From a virus, in the IMG/VR virus record IMGVR_UViG_3300026484_000382, positions 1 to 64,000 of that record: DNA of 64,000 nucleotides. One strand, 5' to 3'. Within the stretch, counting starts at the first letter, position 1, and every line of letters begins with the position of its first letter. Shown here piece after piece: positions 26,158 through 37,600 of the stretch. The translations under genes and the position numbers were made by a program. Under the pieces are notes generated by a model. That model saw only the letters and a list, made by a program, of their open reading frames with translations, did no database searches and was not told the DNA's origin.

Positions 26158-28280
26158 GTAATAATGTAGAAAATATAATGACTCAAGATATTCTCCAATA
26201 TTTTTCTATTTATGGGGATGAACAATTAACTAGGGAAATTGGAGCAAATGATATAATTGATTTGTGTGATATTGACAACACAATAACATTGTATATAACC
26301 CTTAATGATTATTTATCTATCAATGATCAAGGCCAATTGTGTATGGTTATTGATGGGGAATATAGGGTTGTTTTTTTTGATATAGTAAGAGAAATTGAAG
26401 GTAAATTTTTTAGAAATTATGATTTAGTGGAGAGTATAGAAACAGAATTTTTTTTTGACACAAAGCCATTAATAGAAAACCTAATTAAAAAAATAGATGG
26501 AGAACCTTTTATAAATGTAATGGGAGTTCTTAATTTTTTTAGTTTTAAATCTTTGAGTTTTAAAGAAATAAAACCTGATTATATAAAAGGTGAAGGGTAT
26601 TCATATAGTTCGGAGGAGATATTTAATTATACTAATAAAATAATGACAGGAAATTTCTTAGTTCCTTCGTTTGATAAAAAAATAGGAGACCTAGCATCAG
26701 TTTTTCCAAAAGGAAATGTGGAGATGGATAAAGTCTATTTCTCTAAAAATGAGTTGGATAAGTTATTTTATTTAGATGTGTATTTAAAAAAGAAAGTTTA
26801 TTCTTTCCCAATTATTAGGGATGAAGTTACAGTTGGATATATAAAACAAAAGTATTACGAAGAACAAGTTAAAAATAATTTTTTTTTAACAGAGATTCCT
26901 GAAGGGTCAGATGTTAACCCAGATTATTTAACTTTAATAGAAAAAATATACAATACTAATTACATTAAAGATTGTTTACAGATAGAACCTATAAAAGAAT
27001 ATCCAGGTTTATCTATAAGCGATTTATTTACACACTCGGCTTTATATTGGAATGGTTGTCTTGGAAAAGCACATATTAATATATTGGGGGACATAAAACC
27101 TACTTGTTATATAGTGCAAGACAAGTTTAAAAATTATATGGGTGATTTTAGTTCTGATTATAGATTAGGGCTTTCATCTCATGAAGTGTTTCAACGATGG
27201 GCTTGGTATATAGAGAAAGGAATGGAAAGAACTTTAGATGAGAACGAAACAAATGATGAAATATTTATCTACAATACAAAAACAAAAGGTAATCTTAAAC
27301 GAAAATTAATGAACGAGTCAATAGCAACTGGCTTATTGGGGTTAGGTAGAGTATCGACTATTGAAAGATACAACTCACTATATCCTTATTTAGAGAAAGA
27401 CGGTGCCATGAGAGATATGACGATTCGACCTAATTACTTTTTATTTAAAACACCTCCTTATGGGAAAGAACAATATAAAGAAGGAGAAAGGGGGAGTATT
27501 TGGAGTGACTTTTCAATGCAAAAAATAATATATGCTGCAATACATAATAATGGTGATATGTATATGCAAGATAGGGTTAAAAACGTATTAGATTCGCATG
27601 GTGGTGGGACAGAGTATAATTTTTTTGTTTCTTATGATACTTTTTGCAAAAAACACGACATTAATCTTAATTATATAACTAAAACGGATAATGAAGGGAT
27701 AGCTGAAAAATCATATATTTTAATGGAAAGCTTAAGAGCTAATACAGAAATCCCAACTAAAGTATATTGTGAGTTTTATGACAGAAATCACCCTGCTCCA
27801 TTAGATAATATTTATGCTTACGTCCCAATCCCATTAACTCCAGGAAACTATAAATATAAAAATATTCCTTTAAAAGACGAACATGGTATTATTATTTACA
27901 ATAACAAAGGAAAGCCTATTGTAGACATAAATAAAGGTTTATACAGAATAGAAGATAAAATTGCTATGAAAGAAGATATAGGGTCTAATCTAATAATACA
28001 CAAAAGAAAAAGAAGTGAAGATTCCGATGGAAATGTTACAATAGAAGATTTAGGGGAAGTTGAATATCCTGGAAACACATGGAAAATACCTTTTAATGAA
28101 GGGGAGTATTTGTATAAGTGTAAGTGTAATGCTGTGCATACTTTTATTTCTAGAGACATGAAATTTAAGATAAAAATAAAATTTAAAAAAACACCAAATA
28201 GAGAACAAAATATATATTTTAGATTGTTTGCGCATGATTATACTTTTGGTAGAATGTTTTGCATAAAAAGGAAAAGATGA
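26154..28280 (+). CDS. Large putative tail-associated protein
   Basis: YFSIYGDEQLTREI N-motif; position in structural operon. Confidence 0.6.
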   Translation: MSNNVENIMTQDILQYFSIYGDEQLTREIGANDIIDLCDIDNTITLYITLNDYLSINDQGQLCMVIDGEYRVVFFDIVREIEGKFFRNYDLVESIETEFFFDTKPLIENLIKKIDGEPFINVMGVLNFFSFKSLSFKEIKPDYIKGEGYSYSSEEIFNYTNKIMTGNFLVPSFDKKIGDLASVFPKGNVEMDKVYFSKNELDKLFYLDVYLKKKVYSFPIIRDEVTVGYIKQKYYEEQVKNNFFLTEIPEGSDVNPDYLTLIEKIYNTNYIKDCLQIEPIKEYPGLSISDLFTHSALYWNGCLGKAHINILGDIKPTCYIVQDKFKNYMGDFSSDYRLGLSSHEVFQRWAWYIEKGMERTLDENETNDEIFIYNTKTKGNLKRKLMNESIATGLLGLGRVSTIERYNSLYPYLEKDGAMRDMTIRPNYFLFKTPPYGKEQYKEGERGSIWSDFSMQKIIYAAIHNNGDMYMQDRVKNVLDSHGGGTEYNFFVSYDTFCKKHDINLNYITKTDNEGIAEKSYILMESLRANTEIPTKVYCEFYDRNHPAPLDNIYAYVPIPLTPGNYKYKNIPLKDEHGIIIYNNKGKPIVDINKGLYRIEDKIAMKEDIGSNLIIHKRKRSEDSDGNVTIEDLGEVEYPGNTWKIPFNEGEYLYKCKCNAVHTFISRDMKFKIKIKFKKTPNREQNIYFRLFAHDYTFGRMFCIKRKR

Positions 28281-29413
28281 TGGGTTGTTGTTCGTCTAGA
28301 GATTTGTATTGCACGAATGATTATAGTGGTTTTATAGTTTTTAAACCTGACAACTTTACAGTTAAAGGAGTCTATTTTTCTGGGTATGAAGCAAATGGAG
28401 TAGAAACAGCAAATGGTTTTATTTTTTCAGCAGGGAAAGATGGTGTATTTGGGGGTGTTGTAAAAAACGATGAATTTAATGCTATTTTTAATGTTTCTAT
28501 AGATGATTGGTTTCCTGATGTTGATGTCAGTGAATGCAATATAGCTATGATAAAGGCTCTTCCTGTAACTATGGATAAGGTTTATGTTTGTGTTATTGCG
28601 TATAGTGGGTATGATTTGTATTTTTATAGTAAAATAGTAAATGTTTTTACAATATTCAATAATTCGACTATAGAACTAAACAAACAAGAAGAAATTGAGC
28701 CAATTGTAGAATATCAAGCAAACAGTGACAACGAGGAAGTGGTTGACGTAACATCTTCTATTAATAATGATTTTAATGTAGATGAAGCTAGAACTGTTAT
28801 AATGGGAAAAATAAAGGATGATTTAGAAGATATTTTTGATACAAAATTACCTTCTTTTATTGAATTAAAAACTATTTTTTCATTAAACTCAAATGGAGGT
28901 TTTGATGGTATATTATATATGTTAGATGTCGACTGTTTAACTATAAAAAAAAGGAGAATATTTACAGATTTAGATATTAACGCGGGAGATAATATTGAAA
29001 CCGTTAAAACATTAGAAAAGCCTATTGTTATACCTGACAAATATGCTTTCACTAATTTTGCTACATATGGGTTAAGGAATGGTACTTGTTCTAAAATGTA
29101 TAGTGTTGTTAAGAATTCGGATGAAAGTAGTTTTTTGTATTTATTTACGACAGACAAAATAACATTTTTTGGTTATTCAGATGAGAACACTCTTATTTAC
29201 TCTAACACACAAAGCAAAGCAATGTTTTTTAAATGTGATACGGATAAGGTGGATGAGTTTAATATATTTAATAATATTATCATTAACCCAAAAGATGGTG
29301 TTTATGCTAAAACTTTAGATGCGCCCATTGCTTTACCGAGTGGAACATTAGAGCAACAAGATGAAGATATTACTTTTATTAGTTGTTTTGATATTTATTT
29401 TAATTATAAATAA
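28277..29413 (+). CDS. Hypothetical structural protein
   Basis: ATGA overlap, AAGGA RBS (start MMGCC). Confidence 0.6.
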   Translation: MMGCCSSRDLYCTNDYSGFIVFKPDNFTVKGVYFSGYEANGVETANGFIFSAGKDGVFGGVVKNDEFNAIFNVSIDDWFPDVDVSECNIAMIKALPVTMDKVYVCVIAYSGYDLYFYSKIVNVFTIFNNSTIELNKQEEIEPIVEYQANSDNEEVVDVTSSINNDFNVDEARTVIMGKIKDDLEDIFDTKLPSFIELKTIFSLNSNGGFDGILYMLDVDCLTIKKRRIFTDLDINAGDNIETVKTLEKPIVIPDKYAFTNFATYGLRNGTCSKMYSVVKNSDESSFLYLFTTDKITFFGYSDENTLIYSNTQSKAMFFKCDTDKVDEFNIFNNIIINPKDGVYAKTLDAPIALPSGTLEQQDEDITFISCFDIYFNYK

Positions 29414-29425
29414 AAAGGAGATTAT

Positions 29426-31075
29426 ATGTTATCAGTACCCATGGAAGTTTACTTAGATTTTTCTTTAAGAAAAAAAGTAAATAATATAAATATAAATGTA
29501 AATCAGTTAAAATCTCAAATGTCAAATATGGATGTTTTTTATTTATCTAATAGATTCAAACCTACTTCTGACGGGAGAGTGGTGAATACTAAAATAGTAA
29601 CAGACTCTACTTTTTTTATAAGATTTACAGATGAAACAAATAATTTAAATTTTACAATGTTACGATATGCTTATTTTGGTAATGTTTTTGAAAGTGATTT
29701 TGAAACAATGTCTTTTACTCCTCCAGATCCAGAGAATTACGCTAACTATTATGGGGATAAAGTTGTAGAGTTTGAAGAAGGGGATTGGCTTTATTTTGCT
29801 TATGTTCCTTTTGGGAGAAATGTTATAGAGTTAAATGATGGAAAAACTATTACAACTTGTGGAACGCAAGGTAAAGTGTGGATAGAGAAAGGGCAGGCAT
29901 TTAAAAGATATGTTAGTATACCAAAAGTTCCTGAATTGTTTGCTATGGGACCATATAAAATAATGAAGTTAGTAATAGGGTCAATGTGGGAAAAATATGG
30001 GCCACAAAGATATTCTGTATCTATTTTTTCTCCAGATATGAAAGAAGTAGAAGAAAGTGCTTATGATCTTATTCCTATGGATGATGTGCTTTCTTATGTT
30101 AATAATACAGTTGCAACTACAGAAAGGGGTTTACATTTGGTGGATTGGAAAAATCCAGAAACTCCAATAAGAGCAAATGCCTCTATACAAACAGGAACAC
30201 CTATAAGAAATCTAAAAAACAAATTAATTTTAAGTAAAAGTGGATATGTGAATATGAACCATATTGGACCAAAAATAAAAGAAGAATTTACTATTCATAT
30301 GAATTTCTCAGCATATAACACTAACCACAGAGGGACAATCCTTTTTGAGGCCGCTTATGGAATAGATGACGATGGAAATCAAACGCATCATATTACAATA
30401 TGGGCAAATAAAGACGGTTTTATTTGTTATAACTGTAAATTTAATGATGAATATGTGAATACAGGAGAGAAATTACCAACAAATATCTACACAACAATGA
30501 CTTTTGTTTTAGCTAATGTGCAGATTAATCCAGAAAAAATGGATGAAAAAAAATATATGGGATTTATATTTATAAATGGGAGGCAGATATGGCCTAAAGA
30601 GACATATTTAAACCCAGACGAAGTACAAGTTTTAAGTAGGGGATATAAAGCGTATAGAACATATACTGATGTATGTATGAATTTAGAAGCAAACACAACA
30701 ACAATGGCATACATAGATGCAAAAAGTTTATGTATTAAAAAACTACTAAAAGAGTCAGGGTTTGTTTCTATTGAGACTTTAAATCAAGTATATCAACTGT
30801 ATTTAAACGCACCATCTCCAACAAAAGTAGATATAGATAAAGAATTTGTGATTGGGGATGATGATAAAACTACAATAAAAAAGTTATATTTTGGACAAGA
30901 CTCTTATGAAGATATTTTAGACCAAGAATATTATTTTGAAGGTGAAATTTATGAAATTGTAGTATTAAATAGGGCATATACAAGAAGAGAGGTGGAAAAT
31001 ATTAACTTAATCTCATCGTTAGGATATAGTGTAGTTGATATTTATTCACAAGAAATAGAGAAAAAAGATGAATAA
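29426..31075 (+). CDS. LamG/concanavalin-A-like domain protein (tail/receptor-binding candidate)
   Basis: EEFTIHMNF...IFINGRQI...FEGEIYEIVVLNRAYTRREVENI. Confidence 0.7.
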   Translation: MLSVPMEVYLDFSLRKKVNNININVNQLKSQMSNMDVFYLSNRFKPTSDGRVVNTKIVTDSTFFIRFTDETNNLNFTMLRYAYFGNVFESDFETMSFTPPDPENYANYYGDKVVEFEEGDWLYFAYVPFGRNVIELNDGKTITTCGTQGKVWIEKGQAFKRYVSIPKVPELFAMGPYKIMKLVIGSMWEKYGPQRYSVSIFSPDMKEVEESAYDLIPMDDVLSYVNNTVATTERGLHLVDWKNPETPIRANASIQTGTPIRNLKNKLILSKSGYVNMNHIGPKIKEEFTIHMNFSAYNTNHRGTILFEAAYGIDDDGNQTHHITIWANKDGFICYNCKFNDEYVNTGEKLPTNIYTTMTFVLANVQINPEKMDEKKYMGFIFINGRQIWPKETYLNPDEVQVLSRGYKAYRTYTDVCMNLEANTTTMAYIDAKSLCIKKLLKESGFVSIETLNQVYQLYLNAPSPTKVDIDKEFVIGDDDKTTIKKLYFGQDSYEDILDQEYYFEGEIYEIVVLNRAYTRREVENINLISSLGYSVVDIYSQEIEKKDE

Positions 31076-31868
31076 TCAATATATATTACCTGTAAAAATA
31101 ATACTTAATCCCCCAGATGTTTTTTATAAAGCAATTTATTTTAAACAATTTGATTATGTTAAAACCACTTACAAAACTTATAAGCATTATTCCGGCATTA
31201 GTGCTATTAGATTTCCCGGTTTTTACAACGAAGAAGATTTTGATGAATTAAGAATAAAAGACACTTACTTAAAATGGAATAGAAGTAATTATGAAAGTGA
31301 AATTATAACATTCACAAATTTAAAAGAGCTGGCTAATCAAAAGGTGTTTTATGTTGAAAGAGCGATTTTTTTAAAGATAATAAAATATTTTAATTCAGCT
31401 TTTAAAGTAATTGATGTAAAATATAAAGGTAAGAATATATTGTTTTTTAAAGATAAACCTTTCACAAAAATAATAGAACCTACTATAAAAACCATAGATA
31501 TATCTTTAAAGAAAAAACAATGTGTTGCGTTGGATATTAATTATATTGGAATTGATTTTTCAAATATGATTCAGGTTAATGAATACAAGAATTACCGAAT
31601 GTTTACCACAAGTAATAATGTGAAGGGCAAAATTTCTCCTGATATAGTAAAAGAGATAAAGCCTTTTCTGTTTGGAATAAGCTTTAAAATAGAGAATATT
31701 TATGATAAAATACAAGAATATTGTTCTAATTATTTTATAAATTTGGTTTACAGAGGGATTGATAATATAGACACAAAAGAAATGATTTTCAATCGTTTTA
31801 TAAAAGTTAAAATCTCTATTAAAACAAAAGAATATATGGGGCCAACCCATTATTTAATCTTAAATTAA
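31068..31868 (+). CDS. Hypothetical protein
   Basis: 266-aa ORF in operon. Confidence 0.6.
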   Translation: MNNQYILPVKIILNPPDVFYKAIYFKQFDYVKTTYKTYKHYSGISAIRFPGFYNEEDFDELRIKDTYLKWNRSNYESEIITFTNLKELANQKVFYVERAIFLKIIKYFNSAFKVIDVKYKGKNILFFKDKPFTKIIEPTIKTIDISLKKKQCVALDINYIGIDFSNMIQVNEYKNYRMFTTSNNVKGKISPDIVKEIKPFLFGISFKIENIYDKIQEYCSNYFINLVYRGIDNIDTKEMIFNRFIKVKISIKTKEYMGPTHYLILN

Positions 31869-31884
31869 AAAAAAGGAATACAAA

Positions 31885-32850
31885 ATGATTACATATGAAG
31901 ATGTGAAATTTTACAAATCAGAGCATGTTGATTTTGGTGATGACAAAAAGAATGGTGGTTTAATAGGACTAGACCCTATCCCTTCAGGAGAGGTTAATAA
32001 CATTTTACCAGAAGTTACAGCATCAGAAAGAGAAGATGGAGCAGTTAAAAGAATTAAAGTCTATATTAAAAATGAATCAGATGATAGAAATATGAAAGAT
32101 TGTTTTATTTCTATTTCTAAAGATTGTGATTTACCGGACAATATTAAACTTTACGAAGCAACAAAGTTAGAACATTTTCAGTTTGTTTTTGATCAAGATG
32201 TAGATGACGGTACTGAAGCAGGAACTCATATAAAATATAAAGACAATGTTCCTGATGATGCAGAAGCTTTTTCTGATATAAGAGACAGAATGATAAAAGT
32301 TAATGAACAGTATTTGACTATAGATGATTTAGATACAGATAATAATGAAATATGGTTTAAGGAAGATACTGATGGTAGTATTGCTAATGGAGATGTAGCT
32401 GATACGGCAGATGATGACAATAAATATGAGTCTGATGAAGATTGGGACAATATGACTTATTATATTAATGCACCAATAATTAGAACATTGAATAATGGTG
32501 AGGACAAAATAACAGTAAAAAAAGAAGATGCTGACAATATGGTTGAAGGAATGAATATTTTAATTGTTAATAATTATAGAAGACCTATGTTTAGAACACA
32601 AATAGATTCTATTGATAGTGATGATGATGATGATAGCATTAAATATATAGTCTTTAAAAAACCTTATTCTAATGCAACAATACCAGCAATGTATGGTTAT
32701 GTTTGCTCATCCCCTAGTGTAGATATAGGTAGCCACGAATATACTCCTATTTGGTTAGAATTAAATGTTGTAGCTTCAAATGCTTTAGAGGCAGAGCTAA
32801 CAAATTCTTTTCAATTGCAACTTACTTTTGATGATGTGGCTGCTGAGTAA
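31885..32850 (+). CDS. Putative tail-associated structural protein
   Basis: DVKFYKS...NGG....IPSGEVNNILPEVTASEREDG...KVYIKN...PIWLELNV, a pattern I recall from phage tail-region proteins. Confidence 0.65.
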   Translation: MITYEDVKFYKSEHVDFGDDKKNGGLIGLDPIPSGEVNNILPEVTASEREDGAVKRIKVYIKNESDDRNMKDCFISISKDCDLPDNIKLYEATKLEHFQFVFDQDVDDGTEAGTHIKYKDNVPDDAEAFSDIRDRMIKVNEQYLTIDDLDTDNNEIWFKEDTDGSIANGDVADTADDDNKYESDEDWDNMTYYINAPIIRTLNNGEDKITVKKEDADNMVEGMNILIVNNYRRPMFRTQIDSIDSDDDDDSIKYIVFKKPYSNATIPAMYGYVCSSPSVDIGSHEYTPIWLELNVVASNALEAELTNSFQLQLTFDDVAAE

Positions 32851-34685
32851 TGAGTTTTAGTGAAATAACTTTTGTTTCTTTGTTTGAGAAAATAGGTTTT
32901 AGAGTTGTAAAAATGGATGCTAGTTATAAGATCCGTTCTTATAACTCAAAACCAGTTATAAATATAGAATATAGAAACGCTATGAGTTCAAGTGTTTTAA
33001 AATTGTTCTTTAACTATGAAAAATCATATATAAATATGGATGGTATATACAAAAATGGAAATATATTTATATATGATTTTTTTTATGAAAATGTAAAAAT
33101 TAATAACATTAAGTTTAATTCTATTTATTCTAAAAGAAAATTAAGTCATTTTAATATTAAATGTGTTTATTCTGAAGTAGTGCACAATGGAATAACATTT
33201 AAAGCCAAATACATTAAACGCTCTTATAAAAATAAAATAAGAAATGTTTTTTGGACTAACAATGGAATTTATTATCACACCATGAAAGTTGTATTCTCTA
33301 TTGAAAAAAAGAAAGAACTTGTTGTAGAAGAATTTGATAAAAAATATTTAAGTTTTAAATTTGAATATAAATTACCATATAAAAAAATGTATAACCTTCA
33401 TAGTTCGTATGCAGATATTAGTTTTAAGATAAAAAATTTAAGAATAAATACTAACGATTATGTTTACAATAAAAATATCCCTCTTTTGTTTAAAAAATCG
33501 ATTAACACAAAAAGTGTCGGCAACATGTTAAAGATGTCTATAAATAATTATATACATTTATTTGGTATTTATTCACCTTACCAGACATATAAATATGCTA
33601 TTCTAATATCATTAACTGGATATGAATTAGGTATGAATTTTTCTTTAGTAAATACACCTTTAAGAGATTTTTATAGTCATCAGGCTGTTTTAAGAGTAAA
33701 CATGCATAGAATGAAGTGGAGAGAACCTATAGGGGATATAATTGATATACCTTTAAATGTTAAGCAATACAAATTTAAATCAAGTTGCATGGTGTCAATA
33801 TTTCCAAATGTCTGGAAAGACTGTAAAACAAAATACCCAGATGGTTTTATCTTCCCTCCTTTAAGAGATTACAAATATGTTACAAACAAGAAGTTACTTT
33901 CTTGTTTTAAAATAGAACAAAAAAAATATTATAAAAAAGTTATTTCTAATGTAAAAAGTGGAACTTTTAATTATTTAAACAAAATAGATAAATACAAAGG
34001 GACTTCTGCTTCATTTTTATCTCTATTCTATTTATTCTATTCAAGAAAATATCATTTATTTAATTTTGGCTACTTATTTGTTTTGTCTCAAACTAGCGGT
34101 GTAAGCATTGGTTATCTTTTAAAAAAAGAAACAGATATTTATAATATATATTATAAAGTAAATAATTATTCCTATAAAAACATATTTAAATTGATACACA
34201 ATATGGTTGTTCCTTACTGTAATGTTGGTAGCAGTAAATGTAATTTTGTTGTTAATTTTTACTTAGATGAATTAAATGATTTGACAACAAATGTTCCAAT
34301 AGGTTATCATCGGTATTTCTTGTCTAACAAGAATATATATAACACTTATGTTGCGAAACAAACAAGAAACAAGGATTTAAAGCAAATAAAAAGCAATCAG
34401 ATGAAAATAAATATTTCAACACAACAAAATTTGAGTAGTATTTATTCTTTTGGTCAATCGTTTACTCTTAATAAAAATACTAATTTATTATCTCTTGTTA
34501 AGAGTTTTGTTAAAGTAATACTACCAATAAGGCTTAAAAAATGGTATAGTGATACATATTATATTCCTTATAATTATAAAATAAATATTAATGGAAAATA
34601 TAATCAATGGGATTTATCTATACATTCATCTAACTTAGAATGTTATTATGGTCCGATTATGGAGGTTAATCACAAATGGTATTAG
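32850..34685 (+). CDS. Large Y/K/I/N-rich hypothetical protein
   Basis: 611-aa ORF, TAATG overlap. Confidence 0.6.
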   Translation: MSFSEITFVSLFEKIGFRVVKMDASYKIRSYNSKPVINIEYRNAMSSSVLKLFFNYEKSYINMDGIYKNGNIFIYDFFYENVKINNIKFNSIYSKRKLSHFNIKCVYSEVVHNGITFKAKYIKRSYKNKIRNVFWTNNGIYYHTMKVVFSIEKKKELVVEEFDKKYLSFKFEYKLPYKKMYNLHSSYADISFKIKNLRINTNDYVYNKNIPLLFKKSINTKSVGNMLKMSINNYIHLFGIYSPYQTYKYAILISLTGYELGMNFSLVNTPLRDFYSHQAVLRVNMHRMKWREPIGDIIDIPLNVKQYKFKSSCMVSIFPNVWKDCKTKYPDGFIFPPLRDYKYVTNKKLLSCFKIEQKKYYKKVISNVKSGTFNYLNKIDKYKGTSASFLSLFYLFYSRKYHLFNFGYLFVLSQTSGVSIGYLLKKETDIYNIYYKVNNYSYKNIFKLIHNMVVPYCNVGSSKCNFVVNFYLDELNDLTTNVPIGYHRYFLSNKNIYNTYVAKQTRNKDLKQIKSNQMKINISTQQNLSSIYSFGQSFTLNKNTNLLSLVKSFVKVILPIRLKKWYSDTYYIPYNYKININGKYNQWDLSIHSSNLECYYGPIMEVNHKWY

Positions 34686-37600
34686 GGTATCTTAATTTAA
34701 ATACTTTCGAGGTTCTTTATATAGAAGCTCACTTTAATATACAAACATTAAACACTTTAACTATTGAATGTATATCTTTTCAAATAAAAAAAGAAAAATT
34801 AAAAGGTTTTGTAACTCCAGAATGTTATTTGTCAGCAAATAATGTAGTTCAATTTGTTGGAGAGTATTACAATTTTAATGAATATTATATTGATTATATA
34901 GATTTTTCTATTTCTAATTTCGCTAAAAACAAAAAATTAAAAGAAGTTTATAGTTATAATTGTTTTTATTCAACACTAAGAAACCCATTTAACAGAACTC
35001 ACTTTCATGATGTTGGAGCTTTATTTTCAATAAAATCTGTGCTTATGAGAGCCAACTTTGAGTGTAAAATAAATGATTATAAAGTAGATTTTGTTTTACC
35101 TTCTTCAATGTTTTATTTAAAAAACTTAAATCTAAAAGCTTTTGTATTTACGGATTTATGGGGTGTTATTAAAAATGCCAAATTGTTTTTTATGGGTTGC
35201 GATTTTCCTACGTTAACAAGATTAAATGAGAAAAATGAATATACCGGTATGTGGACAAACAGTAAAAACCATTCTTATTATATTACAAATAAAAATTATT
35301 TTTTTAGAATACCATTAAATCCATACATTGGGATAGGAAATATTCCTGTATTAACAGAAGTTGAAGATAATTACACTATAGAAGAACCTACAACCATTTC
35401 TTTAAATTACATTATTAAACCATTTGTTAGGAATGTTAAATTAGACAATGATTTACTTCCTGTAACTTCAAAAGAGCAACATTTAAATATATCTTTGCTT
35501 TATAATTTAAACTCAGTGTATTCATTGAAATTAAAATACAAAGATACATATAATTTAAAATCATTAACTTCGGCTTGTTTACATATAATTCCTGTTGTTG
35601 CACCAAAAGGAAAATATCGTATTATAGACACAAAGGATTTTTATAAACAAATATTCGAAGTTAGTAAAGTTAAAAGTGGAAATGTTGTAAATTTAAACGG
35701 GGTTAGCTTATATCTGTGTGATATGTGGGGTATTTACCAATTAAATGTAGTATATGGAGAGACATCCGAATTTATTCTTAAAACAAAAATAGATAAAATA
35801 GAGGCACTAGATGAAATAATTGGTGATTTTGCTGATTTAAATATTGTTATCTACAAAAAAATAATTAATCTAAGGCCTATTGGAATAAACAATCTAATAA
35901 GACTAAGAATATATTCCACATCAGAATTTCAAAAAAAAGGAATCTATAGAAGTATAAGATTTAATAAAGTACAAAAAAAACCAAACAAAGCTGTCCCTTT
36001 TTATGAGACTGATTGGGTGAAATTAGTTAACTATTCTATGACTAATATAATATTTGATAATTTAATTTCTGGGGACGCATACAAAAGTATGAGAGGGCCT
36101 TATAAAAAAATATTCCATATGCCAATATATTATTCGTTAAAGAGTTCTTCTTGCATTGGTAAACTTTCTTTAATTAAAAAAGGCATTGGTTTTTATGTTG
36201 TTAACAAAAACAACAACAATACTTACAATAAATTATTTGTGTATTTGTATTCTAATAATGGACAAATATCAGGGTATTTACAAAATATATTATATTCTTC
36301 TGATGGGTTAGAAATAGACAAGAAAACTATTTCATCTGTGGAATTGATTTATTTATTAAATGTGTATTTACATCCTTCATATAGAAGAGCTGCCTACATA
36401 TTTAAAACTAAACAAGATGGCACTTTTGACTGGGATGAAGAAACTATGGAGCATTATAGAAAAATACTTCTTTCTGAAGATGTTATAAAAGCAAATAATG
36501 AGTGTAAACGCATGGGTATATCCCCTTATGGAATAAGAAAGGTGGTTGGTTTTGAATTGTCAAAAAAAGAAATGAATAATGTGTATTATTTTGATAATAA
36601 AGAAACTCATTTTAATTATAAAGGAGTGGAGTATTATATAGACACTTATCCTATAGAGAAACAAAATGTATTTTATTCATTTCTTAAAAATTATGAATTC
36701 ATTAAAAATGTAGGGAGCTCTTATTGTTCGTTTACTATAAAAAACGAAGTAACAACCATCAATTCTTCAAAAATAAGTATCGAAGCCAAGACATCAGTGT
36801 TTTATTTACATAAATCAAATTTTTACATTAAAAGTAGCGACATTAGATATTTAAGAGCAATAGATGGCAACAAGGAATATAAAGTATCTTTTGATTATTT
36901 TAGTCAAAGAATTATGGATTTAAAACCTGTTGTGAAAAATTTTGTTTCCACATCAAAACTTTTAAATCTACATAATTTTAAATATCCTTTTTATTTACAA
37001 ATAATAGAAGTAAACATAAAAGATACTTTATTTGATTATTATAATGTGTATATAAATATGCCTAGATCTTTAAATCCTTATTATTCTAAAGAACAAAAAT
37101 TTAGATTAGATAAACCAATATTTTTAAATGAGATTGTATTTAAAGATATTTTTAGGTATAAGTTTATACATATTCTTAAAAAATACAAGGGAGTGTATTC
37201 TAATGTGTTTCATATTAAAATAGCACAAAGAAAAACATTAAAAGAAGTGTATTCAAAATATGATAGCGTTTGGATGCAAATATATTTCTCAAATTATTCT
37301 GACATGGCAATGGATGAAACAATTTTATTTTTATTTAATAAAAATAATGACGAATTTGGTATAGATATGCCAATAAGACATGGGTTTATTGATGAAGTAG
37401 GTGGAGTGGAGGAAATAAAAAAAGACAAATATTGGCCTAGTTTTCTTCAAGACGGAGAACCAGAATATGGGAAATTTTTAGTGGAAGATGTCCCGAACCG
37501 CAAGGCAGAACCAACGAGAGATTGTATAAATGTGTATAATAAGTTATCTTATAGTGGATTTGACTTTGAAATAGAAAGAGATGATAAGGTGTTAGTAGGG

